The notes below the pieces were generated by a model. The model was not told the origin of the DNA and searched no databases. It saw only the letters and a list, made by a program, of their open reading frames with translations. From positions 1-30,363 of the forward strand of contig DATLAF010000187.1 of the NCBI GenBank assembly GCA_035527635.1: 30,363 nucleotides of DNA, read 5' to 3'. This stretch comes from Thermoplasmatota archaeon (GTDB lineage Archaea; Thermoplasmatota; E2; DHVEG-1). The translations under genes and the position numbers were made by a program. This document shows positions 19,137-27,484 of this stretch, piece after piece (the first letter of the stretch is position 1; each line of letters opens with the position of its first letter).

Positions 19137-19858
19137 AGAAATTGTTACAAGACTACAAGGCAGGGAAAGTCGGTCTGTCAACCGTCCTGCAGAAAATAAG
19201 ATCATTACCGTACGAGGATTTAGAGTTTGCAAAAATCGACACGCATCGGGAAGTTCGAAAAGGATTTCCTGAGACAATTTTCTGCCAAGGGAAGACCCTA
19301 TCTCAGATTGCTCAGATTCTTCAGAAACTCCCCGGAGAACAAAATATCCTTCTTACAAAAGCAAATAAAACCATCTATGCTTCCGTCAAGAAATCCTATC
19401 CTATCGCACAGTACAATGAATCAGCAAAAACCATTGTCATCCAACGATATAAACCCAAACAAAACAAAGGAACTATCTTGATTCTTACCGCGGGAACCTC
19501 TGATATCCCTGTCGCAGAAGAAGCAGTCGTCACCGCACAGCTTATGGGAAACAAAGTCGAGAAAGTCTATGACGTTGGGGTCGCCGGCGTCCATCGCCTG
19601 TTCGATATAAAAGATAAGATCTTTCACGCAAACGTCATCATTGTGATCGCAGGGATGGAAGGGGCCCTTGCCAGTATTGTTGGTGGTCTTGCCTCAAAAC
19701 CAGTCATCGCGGTTCCGACCAGTGTCGGGTATGGCGCAAGCTTCCATGGGATAGCACCGCTCCTGACCATGCTGAATTGCTGCGCGGAAGGTGTAGCAGT
19801 CGTCAACATTGACAACGGGTTTGGCGCCGGGTATTTCGCCAGCATCATTAACAGGTGA
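19133..19858 (+). CDS. larB: Nickel-pincer cofactor biosynthesis protein LarB
   Basis: DTHREVRKGFPE, AGTSDIPVAEEA, DVGVAGVHR, AGMEGAL, VNIDNGFGA. Confidence 0.95.
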   Translation: MKKLLQDYKAGKVGLSTVLQKIRSLPYEDLEFAKIDTHREVRKGFPETIFCQGKTLSQIAQILQKLPGEQNILLTKANKTIYASVKKSYPIAQYNESAKTIVIQRYKPKQNKGTILILTAGTSDIPVAEEAVVTAQLMGNKVEKVYDVGVAGVHRLFDIKDKIFHANVIIVIAGMEGALASIVGGLASKPVIAVPTSVGYGASFHGIAPLLTMLNCCAEGVAVVNIDNGFGAGYFASIINR

Positions 19859-19864
19859 GGAACC

Positions 19865-20599
19865 ATGACGATCGCGTACTTTGATTGTTTCTCTGGGATT
19901 GCTGGTGATATGATTCTTGGTGCCCTCATTGACCTGGGAGTTGACGTACCGTTTTTAAAAAAAGAACTGCAAAAACTTCATCTTACCGGGTACGACATCA
20001 TAGTAAAACAAGTTGAATGTAACCATATTGCTGCGACAGATGTTACAGTGACTGTTACGGATGATCAGCATCATCGAAGCCTTTCTGATATCATTGACCT
20101 TCTCAATCGTAGCAGCTTAGCCCCCGAGGTGAAAAAACAGAGTCAAAACATCTTTTATAACCTAGGTCGTGTAGAAGCAAAAATACACAGAATTGACATC
20201 GAAAAAGTACATTTTCATGAAGTCGGTGCGGTTGATTCCATCATTGACGTCGTCGGGTCGGTCATTGGTATAGCCAAGCTTGGCATCGATACGATTTATT
20301 GTTCACCCCTTCCCCTTGGCCATGGGTTTGTGTCCTGTGATCATGGTCTCCTTCCGCTGCCTGCCCCAGCGACCGTTGAACTGCTTAAGGGAATTCCAGT
20401 GTACTCTGTTGACCGAAAACAGGAGACAGTCACCCCGACTGGTGCAGCAATCATCATGACCCTTGCGCAAACGTTTGGTGAAATGCCACCGATGAACATC
20501 AGCAAGATAGGGTACGGAAACGGGAAAATAAAAAGCGAGTATCCAAACCTGCTCCGGGTGTTTCTGGGTACTCTTGCACTGAAACGAAAAAAAAAATAA
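19865..20599 (+). CDS. larC: Nickel insertion protein LarC, N-terminal (LarC1) domain only
   Basis: DCFSGIAGDM, HFHEVGAVDSIID, LPLPAPAT, TPTGAA, GYG...PNLLRV, then a stop at 244 aa. Confidence 0.88.
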   Translation: MTIAYFDCFSGIAGDMILGALIDLGVDVPFLKKELQKLHLTGYDIIVKQVECNHIAATDVTVTVTDDQHHRSLSDIIDLLNRSSLAPEVKKQSQNIFYNLGRVEAKIHRIDIEKVHFHEVGAVDSIIDVVGSVIGIAKLGIDTIYCSPLPLGHGFVSCDHGLLPLPAPATVELLKGIPVYSVDRKQETVTPTGAAIIMTLAQTFGEMPPMNISKIGYGNGKIKSEYPNLLRVFLGTLALKRKKK

Positions 20600-20682
20600 T
20601 GACGAAAAACATAAGATTTAAAGTACAATATAATAAAAAATAAAACAGAACAGGAAAGTTCAGCTAGCACTACTCTTACGGA

Positions 20683-20892
20683 TTATTTTTTCTGAACTGC
20701 CTGATTCAAATCTTTTACCAATGCTTTAATATCGATGCCATGGACTGTCGCGATGTCTTTTACTTTTTCAAATGATGCGGCAAGACAGCCGATACAGCCG
20801 ATATTGTATTTCATGAACACCATCGCGGTTTCAGGGTAGGTATCAATAACCTGTTTAATGGTCATCTCTTCAGAAATCTTGTCTTTATTCAT
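20683..20892 (-). CDS. DUF1858 / hybrid-cluster-associated redox disulfide domain protein
   Basis: 69 aa, YPET..VF...GCIGC...E......HGID; AGGTGA RBS before ATG 20892. Confidence 0.85.
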   Translation of the reverse strand: MNKDKISEEMTIKQVIDTYPETAMVFMKYNIGCIGCLAASFEKVKDIATVHGIDIKALVKDLNQAVQKK

Positions 20893-20960
20893 GATTTCAC
20901 CTATAAGTATTTCCCCGAAATAAAGACCACCCATATAAGTGTTCGTATTATCCAAAGGTG

Positions 20961-21058
20961 AGGAGAACCGGACGGTGGGATCCGGCAAAAAGAGCAATCT
21001 TCAACTTGGAAGGCTTCCCGTCCGGTAGATGCTTCCTACATGATGAACAGCCTTCTGA
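20961..21058 (+). ncRNA. Candidate structured small RNA (strand and class uncertain)
   Basis: Perfect 9-bp inverted repeat 20967-20975/21018-21026, outer helix AGGAG/TTCCT followed by ACA, ATGATGA at 21040, CTGA at 21055. Confidence 0.3.
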
Positions 21059-21123
21059 GTATTTAAATAAAAAGAACAGGTGATTGAAACTATTCTCAGC
21101 AATTGATCTACGTCTTATGTGTG

Positions 21124-21133
21124 TTTTTTTTTT
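21124..21133 (+). terminator. Putative oligo(T) terminator for a plus-strand transcript
   Basis: T10 run on the + strand although the flanking CDSs are on the - strand. Confidence 0.3.
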
Positions 21134-21764
21134 ATTTATTTGCTGGTGGGCCAGCTTTTTCAACTAATGCTTCCTCAGTAGTTATTTTTTTATGAAGGAG
21201 AGCAACAGAGGAAATCAATGCTATAATCGAAACGACGATCATCAGATACCAGGCGTACCCAGGGCCACCGGTGATTGCGACCCCCAGGACCGATTGGCTG
21301 AACCAAAAATCACTACTGCTTTCTGAGAACCCCGTCGTCATGACATACAACGCAGGCATCAACGCAAGCAAGAATGTGAGAAACCCAAAACCACCACCAA
21401 TATATTTCATGATTTTCAAAGTTCCCAGGCGAAATACGAACGCAGCCATCCCGATCAGGGAAATAAGAGCGGTCGCCATCGCAAACATTGTTAGATACAT
21501 CGCGTTTTCAATGGTCGAAAAACTCTGTGTGTTCACTCCAACGATTTGTGCGTTTTCCTCTGCTTCCACATACCCCATTGACCAGGAGATATCCTGACCA
21601 GTGATGGAACCTTTCGCTTCAATACTGCGTAGATAGAACCCCACGGTATATTCGCCCCCGAATGTACCGGTCCCGTTCATCGTATACCATGGTCCCATGA
21701 ATGCCACAATGAGAAGTATCAATACACCAAGCATACCGACAAAAGCAACGATTCCGTTCCGCAT
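21132..21764 (-). CDS. Hypothetical 4-TM membrane protein
   Basis: TM1, a long Gly/Thr/Ser-rich loop, TM2-3, a short loop, TM4. Start set at MRNGIV; the longer ORF start would overlap archease. Confidence 0.75.
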   Translation of the reverse strand: MRNGIVAFVGMLGVLILLIVAFMGPWYTMNGTGTFGGEYTVGFYLRSIEAKGSITGQDISWSMGYVEAEENAQIVGVNTQSFSTIENAMYLTMFAMATALISLIGMAAFVFRLGTLKIMKYIGGGFGFLTFLLALMPALYVMTTGFSESSSDFWFSQSVLGVAITGGPGYAWYLMIVVSIIALISSVALLHKKITTEEALVEKAGPPANK

Positions 21765-21810
21765 GAACAAAGAAAACAAATTTCCTCTATTTATACCCCA
21801 CTTTTCATAC

Positions 21811-22221
21811 TCAGATATCGAATAACACTTGTACAAAAACCGGGTCTTTCTCATGAACCTGGAGCATATGATACGTCACTGCTTTGATCTCCATACCCAT
21901 CCTATGCTTCTTCGTATCGTACTTCTCACCACAGACCTTGGCGGAGAGATGGTTTCCCGTAATAGTCACCACAAACTTCCCAAACACAAGGTCCTCGGCG
22001 TCATTCAAAAAAAGGAGTTTTGAGAGCCAATCAACCAACAGCTGCTCAAGGTCAGGAGCCTCTAACAGGATATCATATTCACCGATGGAATCGATTGTTG
22101 ATTCATCGGTAATAATATCAAACATCCCTTGCGCAGCATGCTCGAATGCCTCTGCAACAGTCTTCCCGTATGCTTTCACGCCGACGTCAGCGGTATGTTC
22201 GACTAATTCATACTGTTTCAT
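21811..22221 (-). CDS. Archease
   Basis: YELVEHTADVG, LLVDWLSKLL, EIKAVTYH, C-terminal FDI. Confidence 0.95.
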   Translation of the reverse strand: MKQYELVEHTADVGVKAYGKTVAEAFEHAAQGMFDIITDESTIDSIGEYDILLEAPDLEQLLVDWLSKLLFLNDAEDLVFGKFVVTITGNHLSAKVCGEKYDTKKHRMGMEIKAVTYHMLQVHEKDPVFVQVLFDI

Positions 22222-22982
22222 AATATTGCCTTGGAAACGTTACTAGGGCAATGACAGACTTGTTTCTTCTCAAGAGACTGAATTGTCAGCTGTACTATCT
22301 TTGAAATCATCGGCTCTCTCTTTTTATAGACGGTAGCAATCTCATGTGCAGTCAATCGGTTCTGCAGACCAGCGGCCATGTTACACACCAAGCAGAGAGA
22401 AGTAAAACACATGCCTTTTTCTCGAGCAAGGACCACTTCTGGAACCATAGTCATCCCTACGATATCGGCAACCATGGAATACAATTTGATTTCCGCGGCA
22501 GTCTCCAACCGAGGCCCCTCCGTGACAAGATACACCCCTTTGTCATGAACCGTGACTTCTTTGGTCTTCTTGCAGCTGTTCAGTAAAGCTTCTCGAAGGG
22601 AGGAGCAGAACGGCTCTGTCATATCGACATGCACCCTTCGATCATCAAAGAACGTCTGCGAACGAGACTTCGTCACATCAATGAAATCATGAGGAATCAC
22701 CAGGTCCCCTGGTTGTATTGTTTTTTTCATAGACCCGACGGTTCCAACGGAAAAGACACAGGAGACATGGCTTGCGGCAAAGGCCTGGATATTCCCCCGA
22801 TGATTGATCCGATGGGGTGGGAGATTGGATTGCTCCCCGTGACGTTGAATGAAGAACATCTCATGAGTACCAAGAGTTGAAGCATACATGATGATGTTAC
22901 CATAAGGTGTATCCACGTTGATTTTTTCCGGTTTTATGATCAAATCCGGCATCTGATGTCCGCAGAGTATCCCAATTTTCAT
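22218..22982 (-). CDS. MTAP-family purine nucleoside phosphorylase (probably 6-oxopurine/MTI-specific)
   Basis: RHG...PPH, FFD...HVDMTEPF, EGPRLET-AE, VGMTMVPE, VCNMAAG. Confidence 0.9.
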   Translation of the reverse strand: MKIGILCGHQMPDLIIKPEKINVDTPYGNIIMYASTLGTHEMFFIQRHGEQSNLPPHRINHRGNIQAFAASHVSCVFSVGTVGSMKKTIQPGDLVIPHDFIDVTKSRSQTFFDDRRVHVDMTEPFCSSLREALLNSCKKTKEVTVHDKGVYLVTEGPRLETAAEIKLYSMVADIVGMTMVPEVVLAREKGMCFTSLCLVCNMAAGLQNRLTAHEIATVYKKREPMISKIVQLTIQSLEKKQVCHCPSNVSKAIL

Positions 22983-23029
22983 AAACCCAACCAAGACCAA
23001 GAAATGTTTAATTGTTTAAAGAGATACCT

Positions 23030-23707
23030 ATGACGATGAGAGTCGCAGCGTTATTCTCCGGTGGAAAAGACTCGGTCTTCGCAGTGTACATCACACAACA
23101 GTATGGATGGGAGGTTTCCCACCTCGTCACCCTTCTCCCAGAAAAACCTGATTCCTGGATGTTCCATTCAATCAATATCCAATTAACCGACCAACTTGCG
23201 AAAGCACTCAATTTCCCGCTTGTGAAAAAATCAACGAACGGTGAAAAAGAAACAGAGCTGTTAGATTTAAAACATCTGCTGCAGGGCCTTGAGATTGATG
23301 GGGTGATAAGCGGAGCGATCGCCTCAGAGTATCAACGGACCCGTATTGAAAGAATATGTGACGAACTTGGAATCAAATCATTTACCCCCTTATGGCATAA
23401 AAATCAAGAGCTTCTGCTCAGAGACCAGGTCAAAGCAGGGTTTCACATCATCGTTGTAGGCGTGTTCGCACAGGGGTTTGACGAGACGTGGCTGGGCAAA
23501 ACCATTGACGAAGAAACCATTGATGCTCTGGTATACCTCAATAAAAAGAATGGGATTAACATCGCTGGTGAAGGAGGGGAATTCGAGACACTCGTGCTCT
23601 CCGGGCCTATGTTTTCCAAGAAGCTTGTCATCGATGAGTCCTTAAAAGAATGGAGTCGAGACTCCGGTGTTTTCCAGGTGAAAAAAGCCCATCTTGAACT
23701 ATGCTAA
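23030..23707 (+). CDS. dph6: Diphthine--ammonia ligase
   Basis: LFSGGKDS, SWMFH, SGAIASEYQ, PLW, GEGGEFET. Start is ATG 23030 or 23036. Confidence 0.93.
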   Translation: MTMRVAALFSGGKDSVFAVYITQQYGWEVSHLVTLLPEKPDSWMFHSINIQLTDQLAKALNFPLVKKSTNGEKETELLDLKHLLQGLEIDGVISGAIASEYQRTRIERICDELGIKSFTPLWHKNQELLLRDQVKAGFHIIVVGVFAQGFDETWLGKTIDEETIDALVYLNKKNGINIAGEGGEFETLVLSGPMFSKKLVIDESLKEWSRDSGVFQVKKAHLELC

Positions 23708-24057
23708 TATCGAATGTAATGAAGAGCGTAGAGTTGTTGCAGGAATAAAAAGAGCCGTTGATCAATGTTTTTTTCATCAGGGAATTCCTTGGTGACCACT
23801 GCAAGGATCTCTTTGACAGGCTTTGTTCCGTCGCACTGTTTCCAGATCGCTGATCCAAGCTTGTCAAGCTTTGCTTCAAAAACATTCTCTTTCTTCAGTA
23901 CTCTACAGAAGGATTTCCCAATCTTACTGGTGAATTTTGGAACTACTATCGTGACAAGGCCATCGTCGTTAGTGGACCAGTGAAAATCTAACCGTATCGG
24001 TTTGTATACGAGAAACTCATCAACCGTCGGCAGTCCTTTACTTTTCGTCTTTCGCGT
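23704..24057 (-). CDS. PqqD-like (RRE/winged-helix) small protein, absent from the ORF track
   Basis: Manual translation gives a 117-codon open frame ...LPTVDEFLVYKPIR...GLVTIVVPKF...KLDKLGSAIWKQCDGTKPVKEIL....KEFPDE...RLFLFLQQL...YIRY*. There is no ATG/GTG/TTG; ACG 24057 lies 6 nt after GAGGG. Confidence 0.78.
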   Translation of the reverse strand, partial: TRKTKSKGLPTVDEFLVYKPIRLDFHWSTNDDGLVTIVVPKFTSKIGKSFCRVLKKENVFEAKLDKLGSAIWKQCDGTKPVKEILAVVTKEFPDEKNIDQRLFLFLQQLYALHYIRY

Positions 24058-26089
24058 AAATTTCCCTCAACGGGATGTAGGCAAGGAGCGCTGCGATGAA
24101 GACCCAGACGAGCACTGATGGTAAGATCGGCGGGTATTCGAAGATCGTAAAGTTTAATCCTCCGATGATGAGGAACGCGACAATGACACCCATCAGGGCC
24201 TCTCCTGCGATTAACCCCGCGGTGAGAAGAAGTCCGGTTCTTATAATCTTTTCTTTTGGTGCAACATCGGTCTGTTTGATAGCAAGATCCCAGTCGCTGA
24301 TCTCTTCTTCTTCAGCAGACCCGTATTTCTTCATGATCGCCCTGTTGGTGATGGCACGGACGATACCACCAGCAAAAATAGGGGTACTTAAGGTGAATGG
24401 AAGATAAATTCCGATTGCTACCGGGAGAACAGGGAGGTTAACGAGGATGAGCGCAAAGGCAAGCACCGCCCCGGCGACCACGAACGGCCAAACCAGTTGG
24501 CCACCAAGGACACCTTGGACGATCCCTTGCATGAGAAACGCCTGCGGCGCAGGCAGATTTGTACTCCCAATGTGATACGCTTTATCCAACGCTTGAATAA
24601 CCAATGCAAGAATAGGTGCGGCCGCAGCAACACCGATGAGTTCAGCAATCTGTTGATTCCGTGGTGTCGCACCGATCATCTGACCGCAGGTTAACGACTG
24701 CAGCACATCCCCTGAGATTGCAGCAGCACAACATATAACCGCGGCGATGAGAATCGCGATACCTGCAGCACCAGTATTGCCGGAAAGACCAAACCCAAGG
24801 AGAATCAATGACGTGATCAATAATACCGAGACCGTAACCCCAGAGATCGGGTTGTTCGATGATCCCAGCAGCCCAGCCATGTACCCCGCAATCGCACTAG
24901 CAACGAATGCGAATAAAATGGCGAACACCGCCATGATTGCAGAGACTGCCCATAAACTTGAAATCCACACATACAACAGGAAGACAGGGATGGTTAGTGC
25001 CCCAATCATCAGGAAAACGAACTTGATGTTGAGATCTGTGTCTGTCCTTTTTTTTGTTACCTCTTTCCCGCCTTTAATACCTGCCACTGCTTCTTTGATA
25101 CCGCTGGCAAGGTTCGATCGGAGTTTGAAGATTGTGTATAGACCACCGACGACCATCGCGCCAACACCAATGTACCGAATGTAGTTCCCCCAAATAGCAA
25201 AGAAACCCCAGATCTGATATCCCATATCTGCGTTTCCGAATCCTAACGCAAGTGCATCGGTTACTTGTGAAGGAGAAACCGGTGTGGGAAGGCCTGTTGC
25301 TAAGGCAATAAGGGGAACAAGAATCACCCAGCCGATAAGACCTCCGACGAAGACGAACGCGGCTATTTTAGGTCCTATAATCCAGCCGACACCAAGTAAG
25401 GCGGGAGACGTGGCAACTCCACCATAGAAAACCCCTGATTTTTCTCCGCTTCCGATGTCGAATTTTCCGATATTTGCAATCCCATGGACTGCGCCAGCAA
25501 ATATTTTAAGACCAACCTGACTGAATTTGAATAAACCTGCAGTCAACACACCAACGATAAGCCAAACCGCACTGACACCGCTTCCCTGAGATTTCTTTCC
25601 TGTTTCAGCTTCACTTCCACCAACCGTTGTGGTTAGCACCGCGGCGACCGCAACTCCTTCAGGGAACGGAAGATCGGTTTTAATAATCAGTGCCCTTCGA
25701 AGAGGCACCATCCAAAAAACACCAAGCATACCACCAAATAACGCAACCAGTGTTGTTTCGATGTAATGAATCTCTGTCCAGGTTCCCATGATAACAAGGG
25801 CAGGGATGGTAAAAATAACTCCAGCGGCGAGTGCCTCACCGGCGGCAGCACCCATCATCCCGATGTTGACTTCTAAAATCGTCCCTTTAAAAGGTTTGAG
25901 AAATGCGAACGCCATAACCGCCCCTGGGATAACCGCAGACACTGTCATACCTGCGTATAAACCGAGATACGCGTTTGCCGCTCCAAGAATCACTGCGAGA
26001 ATGGCCCCGACCAACACCGCTTTCAAGGTTAGTTCCGGTATCTTTTTTTCAGCTGGAATAAATGACTTGAAATCGTCTCGAGATGACAT
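24038..26089 (-). CDS. OPT family oligopeptide transporter (YSL-like prokaryotic clade)
   Basis: ELTLKAV, NAYLGLYAG, LPFPEG-A, GSSNNPISG, GATPRNQQ, APQAFLM, GLIAGEALMG. Confidence 0.95.
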   Translation of the reverse strand: MSSRDDFKSFIPAEKKIPELTLKAVLVGAILAVILGAANAYLGLYAGMTVSAVIPGAVMAFAFLKPFKGTILEVNIGMMGAAAGEALAAGVIFTIPALVIMGTWTEIHYIETTLVALFGGMLGVFWMVPLRRALIIKTDLPFPEGVAVAAVLTTTVGGSEAETGKKSQGSGVSAVWLIVGVLTAGLFKFSQVGLKIFAGAVHGIANIGKFDIGSGEKSGVFYGGVATSPALLGVGWIIGPKIAAFVFVGGLIGWVILVPLIALATGLPTPVSPSQVTDALALGFGNADMGYQIWGFFAIWGNYIRYIGVGAMVVGGLYTIFKLRSNLASGIKEAVAGIKGGKEVTKKRTDTDLNIKFVFLMIGALTIPVFLLYVWISSLWAVSAIMAVFAILFAFVASAIAGYMAGLLGSSNNPISGVTVSVLLITSLILLGFGLSGNTGAAGIAILIAAVICCAAAISGDVLQSLTCGQMIGATPRNQQIAELIGVAAAAPILALVIQALDKAYHIGSTNLPAPQAFLMQGIVQGVLGGQLVWPFVVAGAVLAFALILVNLPVLPVAIGIYLPFTLSTPIFAGGIVRAITNRAIMKKYGSAEEEEISDWDLAIKQTDVAPKEKIIRTGLLLTAGLIAGEALMGVIVAFLIIGGLNFTIFEYPPILPSVLVWVFIAALLAYIPLREIYAKDEK

Positions 26090-26170
26090 AGATAATCAAT
26101 ATGATAAATATATTTCAGTGTTTATAAAACCATCGGTAAAAAGTTACTCCCTATGAATACACAAAAATGA

Positions 26171-27421
26171 TTATATCTCAAGAGGGTAGCGCAAGATTCC
26201 AGCAAGGCCACTAAACGCAGCATACAACGACTCGCCTTCCTCGCTATTCCTTGAAATAAGCTTCACCGTAGCACTTGTTTTTTCCGCAAGATCAGACAGT
26301 TCATCGACCAAATCCACTTTTTGTATTATCTCCATTGGGATTGAGGTTTGACACGTCGGGCAAGCAGGGGGCGTAAAACTCTCGAAATCCTCCTCGCTTA
26401 AGGTTTTTTCTTGCGTATAGCCACAGGATTGACATTTCATAGTGATCCGGTACTTCCGCAGATCCTCGGAAAGAAGCAAGGTATCAACCACACCCATCTC
26501 AAGTGCTTTTCTTACTTGATGTTCCCCGTATACCGCCATGCTTTTCTCTGACTTCGTCACCTGAGATAAGAACCGCTTCATGATATTTTTTTCCTGAGAC
26601 ACCTTGAGGTCCGTCATTTTATCGGACGCTGTAGCAATCAGCTCTCGCAGCCCAAATTCATCGGTATAACCGGTATCAAACGTATCGATGATTTTCTTCT
26701 GAATCTCATAATGAAGATACACTTCATCAACGAAATAATGTTTCGTTGGACCAGGGCCGCCTACCAAAATACCTTTCAATTTCGGTTCCCCAAGAAAGAT
26801 TTCACTTGCCCGCTCACCGCATTTCACGAACCATTCATGGGCAGCAATCTCTGTATTCCGTTCGAATCTTCGCTGGGACTGACCTCCTCTCCCGTGTTTC
26901 CCAGGAACCTGCGATGTCATGTAACGAATCATCTCAATGCGACTGCCACGCAGCATCCCAATCGTGCACTCTCTTCGATCAATAAGAAATAACCCATAGA
27001 TTTCCTTCTCAGTGAGTATCTCCTCCAATGGTTGTGTATAAAACTCTGAGTCACAACGGTACAGAAATGTGACCAAAGGCATGGGGGGCTCAAGGATGTA
27101 GGCGACCATGTCCGTTTTATCAGCACCAACGCTTTTATGACCGACAAACATGGCTAACCCATTCGGTGGTGGCTGCTTGAAAGTTTTCAGGCGGCTCATG
27201 ATCGATTCGATCGCAGATAACACATTCTTCATCGTCGTCTTTGACTTAATGTTCTGTGATTGCGAGTACTCATTTCGAAGATAGGATACGACGTCAAAGA
27301 TTTGTTTCGACGGCGGGACGTACAATGAGATAAGTTCGGTGTGTTTCCCTCTGCATTTCTTCAACTCTTCCAGTTGGCGTTTCAGATCGTAGATCTGCCG
27401 CTGGGTCATTTCATCTGCCAT
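26171..27421 (-). CDS. prf1: Peptide chain release factor aRF1
   Basis: NIKS, YRCDSEF, HGRGGQS; CQSC/CPTC zinc minidomain. Confidence 0.97.
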   Translation of the reverse strand: MADEMTQRQIYDLKRQLEELKKCRGKHTELISLYVPPSKQIFDVVSYLRNEYSQSQNIKSKTTMKNVLSAIESIMSRLKTFKQPPPNGLAMFVGHKSVGADKTDMVAYILEPPMPLVTFLYRCDSEFYTQPLEEILTEKEIYGLFLIDRRECTIGMLRGSRIEMIRYMTSQVPGKHGRGGQSQRRFERNTEIAAHEWFVKCGERASEIFLGEPKLKGILVGGPGPTKHYFVDEVYLHYEIQKKIIDTFDTGYTDEFGLRELIATASDKMTDLKVSQEKNIMKRFLSQVTKSEKSMAVYGEHQVRKALEMGVVDTLLLSEDLRKYRITMKCQSCGYTQEKTLSEEDFESFTPPACPTCQTSIPMEIIQKVDLVDELSDLAEKTSATVKLISRNSEEGESLYAAFSGLAGILRYPLEI

Positions 27422-27484
27422 TGGTCATATCACCTTTTTTCTTCTCGTATGTTAATCATGTTTCAAAATCATTGAACGAGGTTG

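Noticed and set aside
20582-20682. Programmed frameshift from larC into a LarC2 domain at the A10 tract
   Set aside because: The -1 and +1 frames both hit stops within about 15 codons, and only 83 nt remain before the convergent gene.
20961-21040. 5S rRNA, tRNA or SECIS identity for the hairpin
   Set aside because: No 5S or cloverleaf motifs; the helix expected after GAA in an archaeal SECIS cannot form; no in-frame UGA selenoprotein nearby.
20948-21163. 71-aa minus-strand ORF with CSSC
   Set aside because: Overlaps the upstream gene, starts in low-complexity A-rich sequence, has no RBS or recognisable family.
23628-23983. ORF-track ORFs 23628-23885 (-) and 23765-23983 (+)
   Set aside because: Shadow frames; the protein-like frame is the unlisted 23704-24057 (-) one.
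26171-27421. Altered genetic code or unusual aRF1
   Set aside because: NIKS, YxC and GGQ motifs are canonical, all three stop codons are used normally, and the zinc minidomain is known in archaeal aRF1.
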